The notes: a model not told the origin generated them from the letters alone. A stretch of 41,342 nt of DNA from Escherichia coli (GCA_026712295.1 GCA_026712295.1_4694.1); one strand, 5' to 3'. Counted from the first letter of the stretch, positions 8,828 through 19,430 are shown. Translations and numbers: made by a program.

Positions 8828-10942
8828 TTAGTGACAATCTTTCCAGTTTGCGCCAGTCTTACCTTCGGTATCTAACTGACATCTAAAGTTAAAGTGGTCT
8901 CCCACATTACGCATTGCTTGCTGTGCCAACTCGACAATCTTATCGGCAATCTCTTGAGTACGGGCAGCTACCTGAATCTCATCGTGGACCCAAGCCATGT
9001 ACGCAAAGTCACCATCCCAGCCATGCTTAAGGCCAGCTTCCAGTAACAGACGTTCAGTCTCAACAATCCACAGTTTACAAATAAGAGCACCAGCGGACTG
9101 CAACAAGGTGTTCAACGCAGCATGAGGACTACGGACGTGGACTTTACGACCATCCAAGCCACGAACCCAACGGCGCTTCCAAGTTACTTTCTGTTCACCG
9201 CCAACCCACTTGGAGTCCTTGACGAGTGTCCCTGTGATTGCTTCACGTAACGCAGCGATAGCAGGAGTTTGGTCAAGGAAGTTCTTGATGAGTCGCTTAC
9301 CATCTTCGGCAGTACCACCAACAATCTGTCCAATCTTCGCAGCACCAGCACCATAGAGGAACCCATAGATAAACGTCTTAGCGTTGTCACGAGTTGGTAG
9401 ACCCGCAGCCAATTGGTTCTTCGTATGGATGTCACCAGTGAGGATAGTCTCAACGTACTCACCCTCATCATAACGATACATGAAGTGACCTAAGCAACGT
9501 AGCTCAAGGCCGGACGCATCCACACCCACTTGAATCCAAGGGTCTGGCTTACCGTCTTTCAGGTTATGCTCGGCACCGAAAGCAGCACGGCAAGGTTCAC
9601 CATATGCAGCACGGATTGAAGGCACCTGTGCCACGTTAGGGAAGCTATGGGTTGCACGTCCAGTTACCGCACCGTTAGGGTTAACGCTTCCGTGAATACG
9701 ACCATCTTCTCCAATCATTCGGAGCCAGCCGTTATCACCTTCAGCAACCTGACCGATACGCTTCTGAATCATAAGGTATTCTTTAATCAACTCAATGCAA
9801 CGCTGTGCATCCGGGTCGTCTACCTTAACGTGCTCTAAGACCTCATCATCTACCTTTGGTGCACCACTTGGGGTGAACTCAACGGGAACCCAACCAGCCT
9901 TGGTAAGCACACGGGTGATGTGTTCACGACTTGCAGGGTTAAATACAACGTGCTCTACAGGAGTATACGGAGCGCCCTCTACATAATCACGAGTGTCCAG
10001 TTCACAAGGTTCCAGACCTTCACGTTGCTTCTTGTTCTTCGGCTTCTTAAAGATGCCACCCTGTTTCGGATACTTCACACGAGGATACTTGGTGAGCGGC
10101 TTTCCGGTACGAGGATGCCTGAATGCTTCAGTACCGCCCTTAGCGGAGTACCATGAGCCAAACGTATTGGTTAACTCTACGAGTAGCTCACCACGTCTAC
10201 CAGCGAGTTCTGCGTACAGGTTCTCAAGAGACTTAATGTCAATCGGGAAACCATTACGTTCCATCTTAGCTAACAACCATGCAGCATCATGTTCCAGTTT
10301 GACAGCCTCAATGCTACCATTCCAGAAACGGTCTGCTTCTGTGCTTCCAGCGGGTGTCTCGTTAGGGAAATAGAAAGTGTTACTACACAGTTTCTCAAAG
10401 AGTGCCTTGGTGACTACAACGTCTTGAACGTTATATTCCATCATGTCTTCATTGAAGAACAGCCACTCCATCCCATCAACGTATTCTTCACCAGACTCTT
10501 CCAGTGACTTCTTAAAGTCGTCCTTGTACTCACCCTTCATTTCACCCAAGCGGTAGCCCCATGCTTCCAGAGCGTGAGACCCAAAGCGTTGTCCCGGTAG
10601 CTTGCCAGCACGGAGCAGACCAGCATCGGTGTCTTTGATGTTAGAGTAAATCAGTCGGGACATCACTAAGGTGTCCAAGACGTTCTCTTTCGGGAACTTA
10701 ACGTCACGATTAAGAATCAGCTTTGCCAGCTTCTCGATAACCGGAACGTCATACTTATGCCCGTTGTGAAACACAATGAGACCACCGCGAGCAACCTCAG
10801 CTTCGAGTGCATCAATGTATGCCCCAAAGTCATCAGGCCGATAACGGATGTACTGGTCGGTTGTGTAGTCGTAAGTCACCGCACAGTGAAATTGACTAAC
10901 GTTGTGCAGCAACCCGTTTGTTTCGATGTCGGATAGTAACAT
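8828..10942 (-). CDS. 5: DNA polymerase gp5, 704 aa
   Basis: Same length as T7 gp5; N-terminal 3'-5' exonuclease motif (MLLSDIETNGL), family A polymerase motifs; AAGGAG RBS. Confidence 0.95.
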   Translation of the reverse strand: MLLSDIETNGLLHNVSQFHCAVTYDYTTDQYIRYRPDDFGAYIDALEAEVARGGLIVFHNGHKYDVPVIEKLAKLILNRDVKFPKENVLDTLVMSRLIYSNIKDTDAGLLRAGKLPGQRFGSHALEAWGYRLGEMKGEYKDDFKKSLEESGEEYVDGMEWLFFNEDMMEYNVQDVVVTKALFEKLCSNTFYFPNETPAGSTEADRFWNGSIEAVKLEHDAAWLLAKMERNGFPIDIKSLENLYAELAGRRGELLVELTNTFGSWYSAKGGTEAFRHPRTGKPLTKYPRVKYPKQGGIFKKPKNKKQREGLEPCELDTRDYVEGAPYTPVEHVVFNPASREHITRVLTKAGWVPVEFTPSGAPKVDDEVLEHVKVDDPDAQRCIELIKEYLMIQKRIGQVAEGDNGWLRMIGEDGRIHGSVNPNGAVTGRATHSFPNVAQVPSIRAAYGEPCRAAFGAEHNLKDGKPDPWIQVGVDASGLELRCLGHFMYRYDEGEYVETILTGDIHTKNQLAAGLPTRDNAKTFIYGFLYGAGAAKIGQIVGGTAEDGKRLIKNFLDQTPAIAALREAITGTLVKDSKWVGGEQKVTWKRRWVRGLDGRKVHVRSPHAALNTLLQSAGALICKLWIVETERLLLEAGLKHGWDGDFAYMAWVHDEIQVAARTQEIADKIVELAQQAMRNVGDHFNFRCQLDTEGKTGANWKDCH

Positions 10943-10961
10943 TGTGTTTACTCCTTAAAGT

Positions 10962-11363
10962 TTAACGATGGGTGTATCCCATATAGTCTTTCACGTTGAT
11001 TACCTTCAGGTTCTCAGCTTTGATTCCAACGTTGTTGCTGGTCACTAAGGTTCCATTAGGAGCAATGCGGGACACTCGTGAGCACCAGCAGATGTTGCCA
11101 GCGACAGTGCGCACGAACCATAGAGAGGATGTCTCAGTTGATGTGCAGAAGTCACCAGCCTTAATGTGGGTCATGGTGTCCTTATCGAATACCTTCAGGT
11201 CAGGACGATTCACTGGTTGCACCCACTTACCGCGAACACGAGTCCACCCTAAGTTCTTCAGGATGTGGACAGCGGAGTCACGAGCACATTCGTATTCCTT
11301 GATGTCTGCCAGTTCAGCTTCCAGTTTAGCGATTTCAGCTTCGATTACATTACGATTACGCAT
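10962..11363 (-). CDS. 4.7: gp4.7-like protein, 133 aa
   Basis: Position between phi4.7 and gene 5, size as T7 gp4.7; promoter GGGAGA doubles as RBS. Confidence 0.6.
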   Translation of the reverse strand: MRNRNVIEAEIAKLEAELADIKEYECARDSAVHILKNLGWTRVRGKWVQPVNRPDLKVFDKDTMTHIKAGDFCTSTETSSLWFVRTVAGNICWCSRVSRIAPNGTLVTSNNVGIKAENLKVINVKDYMGYTHR

Positions 11364-11371
11364 AGTGTTGT

Positions 11372-11394
11372 TCTCCCATTAGTGAGTTGAATAG
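11372..11394 (-). promoter_or_regulatory. T7-type promoter, divergent (phi4.7-like)
   Basis: Minus strand CTATTCAACTCACTAATGGGAGA; conserved -8..+6 region, divergent upstream. Confidence 0.6.
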
Positions 11395-11406
11395 ATTTCA
11401 TACAAA

Positions 11407-11449
11407 AGTTAATCACGAAGGCCACCCGGAGATGACCTTTAGTTTAACT
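11407..11449 (-). promoter_or_regulatory. RNase III-type processing hairpin (R4.7-like)
   Basis: Member of a repeated ~45-nt family (AGTTAATCAcgAAGGCCACC...GATGACCTTTAGTTTAAC) homologous to T7 RNase III sites. Confidence 0.55.
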
Positions 11450-11450
11450 C

Positions 11451-11753
11451 TTACTCTTCACACTTGTCAGCAAGCATGTTTCCCTCAGACTCCACGGTCT
11501 TACCCAGCAGAGCCTGACGAACATTGTCTTCACCTACAGCAACGGAAGCAGCTACAGCAACGGAAGCCAGCAGACGACCTGCCTGTGTGTCATCCAGAGT
11601 CACACGCTGTGTGTGAGCCTTGGTGGACTTGTGGTCTTTCCAACGGTAGACCAGAGTTACCTTGCCATTGCGAACGTTGATGTGCACTCGACGAGCATAC
11701 TGGTCGATGGTGTCAGACAGACGGATAGTGTTACCGGGGAATTTAATAGCCAT
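11451..11753 (-). CDS. 4.5: gp4.5-like protein, 100 aa
   Basis: AGGAG RBS; position and size as T7 gp4.5. Confidence 0.6.
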   Translation of the reverse strand: MAIKFPGNTIRLSDTIDQYARRVHINVRNGKVTLVYRWKDHKSTKAHTQRVTLDDTQAGRLLASVAVAASVAVGEDNVRQALLGKTVESEGNMLADKCEE

Positions 11754-11768
11754 GTTATATTACTCCTA

Positions 11769-11948
11769 TTAGATACAGTTGTAGTTGGCAGTGAAAACCC
11801 TGCCGTTCTTCATCAAGTCCTTAGACCATGAGCGCCCTTGCTGTTCGCATATCTCGTATGCCTCAGCCTTTGGTGCCGTGATAGGGACTTGACTTATTGT
11901 TTGTCCGCTCACAGTTATCAGAGTGAGCACAAGGGTTATCGTAACCAT
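11769..11948 (-). CDS. Hypothetical small protein with N-terminal signal-like hydrophobic segment, 59 aa
   Basis: ATG at 11946-11948 overlapping the 4.3 stop (TAATG); MVTITLVLTLITVSGQTISQVPITAPKAEAYEICEQQGRSWSKDLMKNGRVFTANYNCI; not in ORF track (<60 aa). Confidence 0.4.
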   Translation of the reverse strand: MVTITLVLTLITVSGQTISQVPITAPKAEAYEICEQQGRSWSKDLMKNGRVFTANYNCI

Positions 11949-12160
11949 TACAGGAAGAACTTGTTCAGGTCGGTTGCTTTCGCTGCAATATTAGCAGCAG
12001 ACGTAACGCCAGCGCTTGCATCTTCAGACAGCAGACGCGCCTGTTTAGCCAAGCGTTGAGCCTGTTCTGCATCCTTACGTGCCTTGTCGTTCAGACGTTT
12101 AGCTTCACGGAAGTACATTTTAACTACCAGCTTACCAAGAGTGTTGATGAATTTAAACAT
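11948..12160 (-). CDS. 4.3: gp4.3-like protein, 70 aa
   Basis: Track ORF trimmed to ATG at 12160 (MFKFINTLGKLVVKMYFREAKRLNDKARK) with AAGGAG RBS; similar to T7 gp4.3. Confidence 0.7.
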   Translation of the reverse strand: MFKFINTLGKLVVKMYFREAKRLNDKARKDAEQAQRLAKQARLLSEDASAGVTSAANIAAKATDLNKFFL

Positions 12161-12203
12161 TGTGATTCTCCTTAAGTGGATTGATAAGTGGGAACAGAGT
12201 GTC

Positions 12204-12226
12204 TGTCCCATTAGTGAGTTGTATTG
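12204..12226 (-). promoter_or_regulatory. T7-type promoter (phi4.3-like)
   Basis: Minus strand CAATACAACTCACTAATGGGACA. Confidence 0.65.
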
Positions 12227-12228
12227 AT

Positions 12229-14180
<1,952 letters not shown>

Positions 14181-14230
14181 AGTGGTTACTCCTTATACAA
14201 TTTTAGCGAACAAAGGGAGAAACCTTTCGG

Positions 14231-14253
14231 TCCTCCCATAGTGAGTTCTATTA
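14231..14253 (-). promoter_or_regulatory. T7-type promoter (phi3.8-like)
   Basis: Minus strand TAATAGAACTCACTATGGGAGGA. Confidence 0.7.
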
Positions 14254-14347
14254 ATCCTTGCGGGTCAGAATGTAGACCATTGCCAGCATGAATGCGAGGC
14301 GATAAATCAAATCATACAGGCCCATCTCGTGAATAATCATCATAGTA

Positions 14348-14803
14348 TTAACCCCAATCACTAGTTACTAATTCGCCAGTCTTAAGCCAGCGACTCAAGT
14401 TGAAAGACGGACACGCTTTAGGCGCAACGTCATGGTGAGCTTTCACTTCAGCATCTGGATACATGTCCAGCAGGTCTGCTAGTTTCTCTTTAAGAGAGTG
14501 CATCTGTGCTGGCGTAAAGTTAGCTTCGTGTTTGCCCTTATCGTCGATACCACCAACGAGGCACACACCGACAGACTTACTGTTCCAGTCCTTAACGTGA
14601 GACCCAACGACATCGACCGGACGGCCTTCTTCGATTGTACCATCACGGCGAATAATGAAGTGGTAGCCTACATCAAGCCAGCCCTGTTCTTTATGCCACT
14701 GACGGATTTCACGCAGTCCAACATTCATGGACGCCTTGGTTGCGCTACAGTGGACAAAGATTGCTTCTGTCACAGCGCGTGGTTTGAATTGTACCTTACT
14801 CAT
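14348..14803 (-). CDS. 3.5: Lysozyme / N-acetylmuramoyl-L-alanine amidase gp3.5, 151 aa
   Basis: Same length and high identity to T7 lysozyme (AIFVHCSATK, REIRQWHKEQGWLDVGYHFII, GVCLVGGIDDKGK, HHDVAPKACPSF). Confidence 0.95.
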   Translation of the reverse strand: MSKVQFKPRAVTEAIFVHCSATKASMNVGLREIRQWHKEQGWLDVGYHFIIRRDGTIEEGRPVDVVGSHVKDWNSKSVGVCLVGGIDDKGKHEANFTPAQMHSLKEKLADLLDMYPDAEVKAHHDVAPKACPSFNLSRWLKTGELVTSDWG

Positions 14804-15246
14804 TTCTTCTTCACCTCTTTAAATTTATCGAATGGAACATCCTTAGAAGGCTCTTTCAGCCAATCAACTGGAATTAATTTATCAGCAAACAGAATGCCAT
14901 GCTTCTCGCACCACTCACCGTAGCTGGTCGGAGACCCTTTGTACAGCTTGGAGCGGCTTGAAGAGAACACGATGCGCACATCAAGTTCAGGATACTGTTC
15001 ACGAATCAGTAAGTGTTTCTTGCGGTCGTCACTATCCCACAGACCTTTGGTTTCCACAAAGATGCCATTAGGTAACAGGAAGTCCGGGCAATAGGTATGG
15101 TTGCTTGCAGGAACAACATATGGTACACGCCAGCGCTCGTAGTCGAACTTAATGTTCTTCCCTTCGAGTTGCTTACTTACCTTATCCTCCAAGCCAGAGC
15201 GAAAGGCACCCACACGAGTGCCTCGACCTGCATAACCCTTAGCCAT
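14800..15246 (-). CDS. 3: Endonuclease I (Holliday junction resolvase) gp3, 148 aa
   Basis: Position between 2.5 and 3.5 with ATGA/TAATG overlaps; size as T7 gp3. Confidence 0.85.
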   Translation of the reverse strand: MAKGYAGRGTRVGAFRSGLEDKVSKQLEGKNIKFDYERWRVPYVVPASNHTYCPDFLLPNGIFVETKGLWDSDDRKKHLLIREQYPELDVRIVFSSSRSKLYKGSPTSYGEWCEKHGILFADKLIPVDWLKEPSKDVPFDKFKEVKKK

Positions 15247-15944
15247 TAGAAGTCACCGTCTTCGTCTTCATCGTCCTCTTCTGGTTCTTCATTCCAGCCA
15301 GAGTCGTTTTGAGGCTTGCGGGTCTGTGCTTCATCAGCTTCGTAGCCGTCTTCTTCGATTTCATCACCCCAATCGTCATCACCACCACCGAACTCAACCA
15401 GCTTAATCAGCATCACGGAATCCAGTTGCAGCTTAACGGAAGCACCTGCCACAGCAGACCAGCCATAAGGGAACAGAGTGTATTTAATCTTCAGTTCAGA
15501 GCCACCAGAGATAGCTGGACGCTCACCACGAATGCGCTTACCTTTGGAGTCCACGATAGCCAAGTCGATTGGTTTGTTCTCACCAGTCTTCTTGTCAGTG
15601 AACGAGCCGTAGCACTTGAAGTTGAACGTAGTGGTTCCATCTTCGTTATCCATGAAAGGCATGTCGCCAACATATGGCTTCAGCGGTTTCTTACCCTTGA
15701 CAACCTTCGGCGGGTTCGCTTCGTACTCTTCGAGTCGAGCAGCGTAGTCCGTCTCATGGGCTTCGACAATCTCGTCAATCATCTTCTGACAGCGAGGGTC
15801 GTCGTTGGATACAGTCAGTGATACTTTGTAGACACCACGTTCGTTCTTGAAGTCACCACTACCGAAGTCCGGCTTTGCCAGATAGCAGTAAGGTTCAGCA
15901 ACACCACGAGCGGAAGTGAATACTTTACGTTTTGCGAATGCCAT
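15246..15944 (-). CDS. 2.5: Single-stranded DNA-binding protein gp2.5, 232 aa
   Basis: Same length as T7 gp2.5; acidic C-terminal tail ending DEDEDGDF; AAGGAG RBS. Confidence 0.9.
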   Translation of the reverse strand: MAFAKRKVFTSARGVAEPYCYLAKPDFGSGDFKNERGVYKVSLTVSNDDPRCQKMIDEIVEAHETDYAARLEEYEANPPKVVKGKKPLKPYVGDMPFMDNEDGTTTFNFKCYGSFTDKKTGENKPIDLAIVDSKGKRIRGERPAISGGSELKIKYTLFPYGWSAVAGASVKLQLDSVMLIKLVEFGGGDDDWGDEIEEDGYEADEAQTRKPQNDSGWNEEPEEDDEDEDGDF

Positions 15945-15991
15945 AATGATTCTCCTTTAGTTTCTGAAAGTTAAAAGTGGGAAACGCTGTG

Positions 15992-16014
15992 TCTCCCATT
16001 AGTGAGTCCTATTA
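15992..16014 (-). promoter_or_regulatory. T7-type promoter (phi2.5-like)
   Basis: Minus strand TAATAGGACTCACTAATGGGAGA. Confidence 0.8.
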
Positions 16015-16203
16015 AACCTTACGGTCTGGACGGATGCGTGTTACAGCGAAGCCAGCAGGGACGTATTGCCACTCAGCTAACTCATTGGCCTCTTCAAGAG
16101 ACGTAGCGAACACAGGTACTTCGAACGATTGGCCTTGGCCTTCTACCGTAGCGAAGAACTTCTTGTCACCGTTTACCAGTGACCCTTTATTCAGAGTGCT
16201 CAT
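16012..16203 (-). CDS. 2: Host RNA polymerase inhibitor gp2, 63 aa
   Basis: Similar to T7 gp2 ([22 protein letters not shown]). Confidence 0.85.
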   Translation of the reverse strand: MSTLNKGSLVNGDKKFFATVEGQGQSFEVPVFATSLEEANELAEWQYVPAGFAVTRIRPDRKV

Positions 16204-16298
16204 TGTCCTCTCTCCTTCCAGTGATTATATAATTCAAGGTAGTCGGTGTTGCCTGTCTTTTCAAACATACGCTCACACCATTCGCTAGGTTTAAGCAT
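16200..16298 (-). CDS. gp1.8-like small protein, 32 aa
   Basis: ATG overlapping 1.7 stop and ATGA overlap with gene 2 start; [32 protein letters not shown]. Confidence 0.45.
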   Translation of the reverse strand: MLKPSEWCERMFEKTGNTDYLELYNHWKERGQ

Positions 16299-16602
16299 GG
16301 CATTTACCTTTATGTTTCTCGTACAGTTCACCGTAGAACCCAGCTTTCGCCATGTCCTTCTCTAAGAATGCCAGTTCGGATTTCTTACCAGCACGGAGGC
16401 GGTACTTAAGGATATTCCCTAAGCAGTACCCTTTGAACTGTTCACGGGTCATCGAACGGGCAATCACCTCGATAGCCTCAATGTCATCAAACAACATATA
16501 GTGGCTCGGCTTGCGAACACCCTCTATATCTTGTGGTTTAGCTACAGGTTCACAGGTGTGAGGGTAGCGGTCATCATTCTCTAAACATGCCATGCAGACC
16601 AT
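16291..16602 (-). CDS. 1.7: gp1.7-like protein, short form (103 aa; T7 gp1.7 nucleotide kinase is ~196 aa)
   Basis: Contains the T7 gp1.7 N-terminal CxxC and C-terminal blocks (ACLENDDRYPHTC; KPSHYMLFDDIEAIEVIARSMT, FKGYCLGNILKYRLRAGKKSELA); the central region of T7 gp1.7 is missing. Confidence 0.75.
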   Translation of the reverse strand: MVCMACLENDDRYPHTCEPVAKPQDIEGVRKPSHYMLFDDIEAIEVIARSMTREQFKGYCLGNILKYRLRAGKKSELAFLEKDMAKAGFYGELYEKHKGKCHA

Positions 16603-16865
16603 TAGAACACCTCCTTGATACGTGCAATTACCAGACGGACTTTAGGAAAACGGGTGACGAGAACCGGAATGAAAGGCCGGGAGCCAGTGGTCGCTTCTTT
16701 ATATAAGCCAGTGGTGATTACAGCGTGAACACGAGGTGCTAACTCAATGGTCGAGCCAAGCACTTTAGGGATGACTGCGTGTTTCTCAGAGGCCAGAACA
16801 GTAGAGCGGTCAGCGCCACGCGCAGAGAAGATGCCATTAGATTTGTTGAAGTGAAGTCTTAACAT
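16602..16865 (-). CDS. 1.6: gp1.6-like protein, 87 aa
   Basis: Track ORF trimmed to the second ATG (MLRLHFN) with GGAGGA RBS provided by the promoter +1 region. Confidence 0.6.
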   Translation of the reverse strand: MLRLHFNKSNGIFSARGADRSTVLASEKHAVIPKVLGSTIELAPRVHAVITTGLYKEATTGSRPFIPVLVTRFPKVRLVIARIKEVF

Positions 16866-16872
16866 AGTTGTG

Positions 16873-16895
16873 TCCTCCATAGGTGAGTCGTATTA
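16873..16895 (-). promoter_or_regulatory. T7-type promoter (phi1.6-like)
   Basis: Minus strand TAATACGACTCACCTATGGAGGA. Confidence 0.7.
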
Positions 16896-16973
16896 GCAAT
16901 CCGGCCAGCAGTTGTCGTCAATGATAACGAAGGCAAACGTGGCAAAGATAGCAGCAGCAATTAGAAATAGCAT
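16893..16973 (-). CDS. Small hydrophobic peptide (gp1.5 position), 26 aa
   Basis: GGAGGAA RBS then ATG; MLFLIAAAIFATFAFVIIDDNCWPDC. Confidence 0.4.
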   Translation of the reverse strand: MLFLIAAAIFATFAFVIIDDNCWPDC

Positions 16974-16980
16974 GAGGTAG

Positions 16981-17003
16981 TTCCTCCATAGTGAGTCGTA
17001 TAG
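16981..17003 (-). promoter_or_regulatory. T7-type promoter (phi1.5-like)
   Basis: Minus strand TCTATACGACTCACTATGGAGGA. Confidence 0.7.
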
Positions 17004-17046
17004 AAACGCAAAAAGGCCAGCCCCGTTAAGGACTGACCATTTGTCT

Positions 17047-17229
17047 TTACATATTGTTTCGTAGGTACTCTTTGACTTCCTTAATACTATGGCACTCATG
17101 GACAGTAAAGTAGTCCCAAGTTCTCCCGTAGCTTCTCCGGTCATCTCCTTCCATCCACTTTGATATGTGGAATATCATCAGGTGTGGGTGTTGATACACT
17201 CTCCAACCGTTCTCGTCAAAGATAAGCAT
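17047..17229 (-). CDS. gp1.4-like protein, 60 aa
   Basis: ATG overlaps ligase stop (TAATG) with AAGGAGAAA RBS; position as T7 gene 1.4. Confidence 0.5.
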   Translation of the reverse strand: MLIFDENGWRVYQHPHLMIFHISKWMEGDDRRSYGRTWDYFTVHECHSIKEVKEYLRNNM

Positions 17230-18260
17230 TACATTTTCTCCTTTGGGTTATCCTCAGTTCCACGGAACATAACGAACGATGGGTGACGCAGAGAGCCGTC
17301 TGGAGTTTCCTCCATGTAGGCAACCTGACAGGCGAAGCCAGTGTACGGCATACCCATACCCACAGACTCAGCATGTTTGACGGCAGCAGTGAACTCATCC
17401 ATCAACGCTTGGCTAATGTTGTTGGCAGAGACTACACGACCGGACTCCAAGAGAACCTCGAAGCCAATCACTTTACCTTCATTAGCCAGACCCGGAGTAC
17501 CCCAATTGAGTCCAACGATGACACCATCAGCTTCATTCTCAGGCTTCATCTTCCACCAGCCAGACTTCTTGCCACGCTTGTAGACTTCCAGCGGGTCTTT
17601 GACGACCAGACCTTCATGACCATCGGCACGGGCTTTCTCGTAGAGTTCCTGAAGTTCTACCATGTCGTAGACTTCTTTGGCCTCAGATAGTTCCCAAGTG
17701 ATTTCCGGGAAGTGTTCACTAAGAACCGGAATGAGGGAACGCACATGCTCTTGCATCAGGAGGGACATAACGCCGTACTCTTTGCCTTCTACCATATCGT
17801 GATACGGCATAGCAGCATACAGGACAACCTTAAGTTTCTTAGGGTCTAAGCAGAAGTCTACTTTACTCCCCTTGAGAGGCTCTACTCCACCAATATCAAA
17901 TCCACAGTTTGTCTTCTTGAGCCACTTGGTTCTCAGTAGTCCAGACCCTGTGTTGAAGTCTACGCCTTTGACCATCAGTTCACCATCCAGCATGAAGCCA
18001 TCAGGGAAAATCCAGCGGTCATCTTTGAGAACATTAGCCCAGCGTTGGTCGAACCCATTAAGGTGCTCAAGCGCGGGTATGGTCTTGGAGACGCGGGATA
18101 GCCACAGGCAGTCAGCCGTATTGTCAACCACGATGTTACCACGTACACCATCACGCTTAGTGTCAGCAATCAGGTAGCCAGCTTTGTCGAGTGCTTTCTT
18201 AATGGCAGACTCAACGTAGGATACAGCTTTAAAAGGGTTAGTCTTGAATGTGATTTCCAT
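17229..18260 (-). CDS. 1.3: ATP-dependent DNA ligase gp1.3, 343 aa
   Basis: Adenylation motif KRDGVRG, similarity to T7 ligase; AGGAG RBS. Confidence 0.92.
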   Translation of the reverse strand: MEITFKTNPFKAVSYVESAIKKALDKAGYLIADTKRDGVRGNIVVDNTADCLWLSRVSKTIPALEHLNGFDQRWANVLKDDRWIFPDGFMLDGELMVKGVDFNTGSGLLRTKWLKKTNCGFDIGGVEPLKGSKVDFCLDPKKLKVVLYAAMPYHDMVEGKEYGVMSLLMQEHVRSLIPVLSEHFPEITWELSEAKEVYDMVELQELYEKARADGHEGLVVKDPLEVYKRGKKSGWWKMKPENEADGVIVGLNWGTPGLANEGKVIGFEVLLESGRVVSANNISQALMDEFTAAVKHAESVGMGMPYTGFACQVAYMEETPDGSLRHPSFVMFRGTEDNPKEKM

Positions 18261-18297
18261 GATGGAACTCCTATTGTTGGTTATTAAGTAAACAAAA

Positions 18298-18339
18298 GTT
18301 AATCACAAAGGCCACCATTAAGATGACCTTTAGTTTAAC
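18298..18339 (-). promoter_or_regulatory. RNase III-type processing hairpin (R1.3-like)
   Basis: AGTTAATCACAAAGGCCACCATTAAGATGACCTTTAGTTTAAC family member. Confidence 0.55.
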
Positions 18340-18341
18340 TC

Positions 18342-18364
18342 TTTCGCAATAGTGAGTCGTATTA
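18342..18364 (-). promoter_or_regulatory. T7-type promoter (phi1.3-like)
   Basis: Minus strand TAATACGACTCACTATTGCGAAA. Confidence 0.7.
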
Positions 18365-18634
18365 CTTCCAGTGCTTCAGGTCACTGTGAACCTTACGGAG
18401 CCATTCAGTCTGTGCATTACAGCGAACGTCTTCGTCTGACTGTTCGAAACACTTAGCGGTCAGCATTAAGCCATTCCGCAAGGTCACTCGAAGTGTCTCT
18501 CCGGCTACCATCCGACGCTGTGCGAAGTCCTCATAGCGATAAGTCTCAACGACCACATTTGCATCGTGGTCTTCTTTAAGTCGTTCGATAGCGTCTTTAT
18601 ATGCTATTAAGTTACCACTGTATAAGCGACCCAT
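18362..18634 (-). CDS. 1.2: gp1.2 (host dGTPase inhibitor homologue), 90 aa
   Basis: N-terminus MGRLYSGNL and C-terminus LKHWK as in T7 gp1.2. Confidence 0.8.
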   Translation of the reverse strand: MGRLYSGNLIAYKDAIERLKEDHDANVVVETYRYEDFAQRRMVAGETLRVTLRNGLMLTAKCFEQSDEDVRCNAQTEWLRKVHSDLKHWK

Positions 18635-18783
18635 TAGAGTGCCTCCTTCCAGTTACGTTTCTCAGCGTTGCCACGTTGTGTCTTGTGGCGTTTCTTCATG
18701 CGGTCTTTACGTTCCTGCCATTCAGCACCGTGTTCATTGCTTACGTTGTTGCGCTTAGTGGTTGGTTCAAAGTTGGTACGCAT
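18634..18783 (-). CDS. 1.1: gp1.1-like basic protein, 49 aa
   Basis: MRTNFEPTTKRNN..., lysine/arginine-rich, TAATG overlap with gene 1.2; resembles T7 gp1.1. Confidence 0.6.
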   Translation of the reverse strand: MRTNFEPTTKRNNVSNEHGAEWQERKDRMKKRHKTQRGNAEKRNWKEAL

Positions 18784-18814
18784 AATGTTATTTCCTTCTG
18801 TGTAGTTAATGACA

Positions 18815-18858
18815 GTTAATCATGAAGGCCACCAAATGTGATGACCTTGAGTTTAACT
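18815..18858 (-). promoter_or_regulatory. RNase III-type processing hairpin (R1.1-like)
   Basis: AGTTAATCATGAAGGCCACCAAATGTGATGACCTTGAGTTTAAC family member. Confidence 0.55.
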
Positions 18859-18865
18859 TTCAGTG

Positions 18866-18888
18866 TCTCCCATTAGTGAGTCGTATTG
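18866..18888 (-). promoter_or_regulatory. T7-type promoter (phi1.1B-like)
   Basis: Minus strand CAATACGACTCACTAATGGGAGA. Confidence 0.8.
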
Positions 18889-19430
18889 TCTGCAACCTTA
18901 CGTGCAATCTCAATGCGACCCGCTACATCTTTCTTATAATAGGTGAACTCTTTGCGCTCACCATCAGTGCACGTCTGTGTCAGCAGATAGCGGTCGGCTT
19001 GTTCAACCCAATGTAGGCAAGTGACTTGCTTACCACATGAGCCAAGACCCAGCTTGAACTCAGTGCGCTTCCAGCCAGCATCCGGTATGTGAGCAGTAAA
19101 CTTGATAGACGTGATGTCACTGTGAGTGTACTCACGGATGGTACTCTTTGCCTCTTTAAGTTCCTTGCGGTACTCCACTGCCTCAGCGCGTAGACGCTCG
19201 ATGAGTTCTCGTTGGTTCGACATGTCATATTGTTGTTCGAACTCTAAGGTACGGATTCGACCAGCTAGTTCCTGCTTCTCTCGCCAACCATCTTCAAGTC
19301 TCTCTTTGAGTGCATGAGAGTTCTTCTCTTCTTTGATTAGCTTAGTGAGAAATACCTTTGAACGATTATAGTATGTTGCTGCAAGAATGGTTGATACGAG
19401 AGCGCCTACTGAAGTGATTAAAGTAAACAT
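18873..19430 (-). CDS. Hypothetical protein, 185 aa: N-terminal transmembrane helix, coiled-coil middle, Cys-containing C-terminal region
   Basis: ATG with AAGAGGAAACA RBS, immediately downstream of the phi1.1A-like promoter; MFTLITSVGALVSTILAATYY hydrophobic segment; no T7 counterpart recognised. Confidence 0.7.
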   Translation of the reverse strand: MFTLITSVGALVSTILAATYYNRSKVFLTKLIKEEKNSHALKERLEDGWREKQELAGRIRTLEFEQQYDMSNQRELIERLRAEAVEYRKELKEAKSTIREYTHSDITSIKFTAHIPDAGWKRTEFKLGLGSCGKQVTCLHWVEQADRYLLTQTCTDGERKEFTYYKKDVAGRIEIARKVADNTTH

